The translations under genes and the position numbers were made by a program. The notes beneath the pieces are model-generated. The model had not been told where the DNA came from. It did no database searches and saw only the letters and a list, made by a program, of their open reading frames with translations. Source: a virus (lineage: Duplodnaviria; Caudoviricetes). From it: DNA of 64,000 bases. The DNA lies in IMG/VR virus record IMGVR_UViG_3300032335_001269, positions 1 through 64,000 of that record, one strand, 5' to 3'. This document shows, piece after piece, positions 63,850 through 64,000 of this stretch. Each line of letters begins with the position of its first letter. The stretch's first letter is position 1.

Positions 63850-64000
63850 AGTTGAATATAATTGTTTTTGGACATACTTTAGTTAGGCGCTCCCAATCAA
63901 TGGTATAACTGATTGTATCCCAACCTTTATTTTTTGCAATTTTGCGGCGACGATCGTTAAGAGGGAAACGACTTTTATCAAATCCCATTTTCAATTCTTC
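63842..64000 (-). CDS. C-terminal part of an upstream gene overlapping the methyltransferase start (truncated by window)
   Basis: ...EELKMGFDKSRFPLNDRRRKIAKNKGWDTISYTIDWERLTKVCPKTIIFNYE*. Confidence 0.6.
   Translation of the reverse strand, partial: EELKMGFDKSRFPLNDRRRKIAKNKGWDTISYTIDWERLTKVCPKTIIFNYE

Noticed and set aside
1-64000. tRNA genes, introns or inteins in core genes
   Set aside because: No cloverleaf recognised; gp17, gp20, gp23 and UvsW are uninterrupted and of normal size (tRNAscan not run)

Overview
A 64 kb segment of a T4-like cyanomyovirus (Kyanoviridae-like; a freshwater Synechococcus/Cyanobium host is my inference). Essentially all genes are on the minus strand. 1-49.2 kb is the AT-rich core: gp47, gp55, uvsW, uvsY, gp3, head genes gp23-22-21-20, tail gp19-18, terminase gp17/gp16, neck gp15-14-13, a 2427-aa virion protein, baseplate gp8-7-6-25, speD and a glycosyltransferase-like gene. 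It also holds an un-called NblA-like ORF and probable internal head proteins. At about 49.26 kb the sequence switches abruptly to a GC-rich early region built as an array of one- to few-gene units. About 13 units start with a 24-bp palindrome (TGTGCCAsT-N6-AmTGkCACA) placed 29-31 bp from a -10 box, and the upstream gene usually ends inside that palindrome. The array carries a MutH/Sau3AI-like nuclease, an RNA-ligase-like protein, a DNA methyltransferase, an HNH endonuclease and many small acidic proteins. Inside it (55.45-56.22 kb) is an origin-like locus: a CTAG cluster, CTCGWCKAGAT iterons, a rightward promoter, three cyanobacterial-type DnaA boxes (TTTTCCACA) and an AT-rich tract. All calls come from reading the sequence and recalled motifs; no database searches were run.
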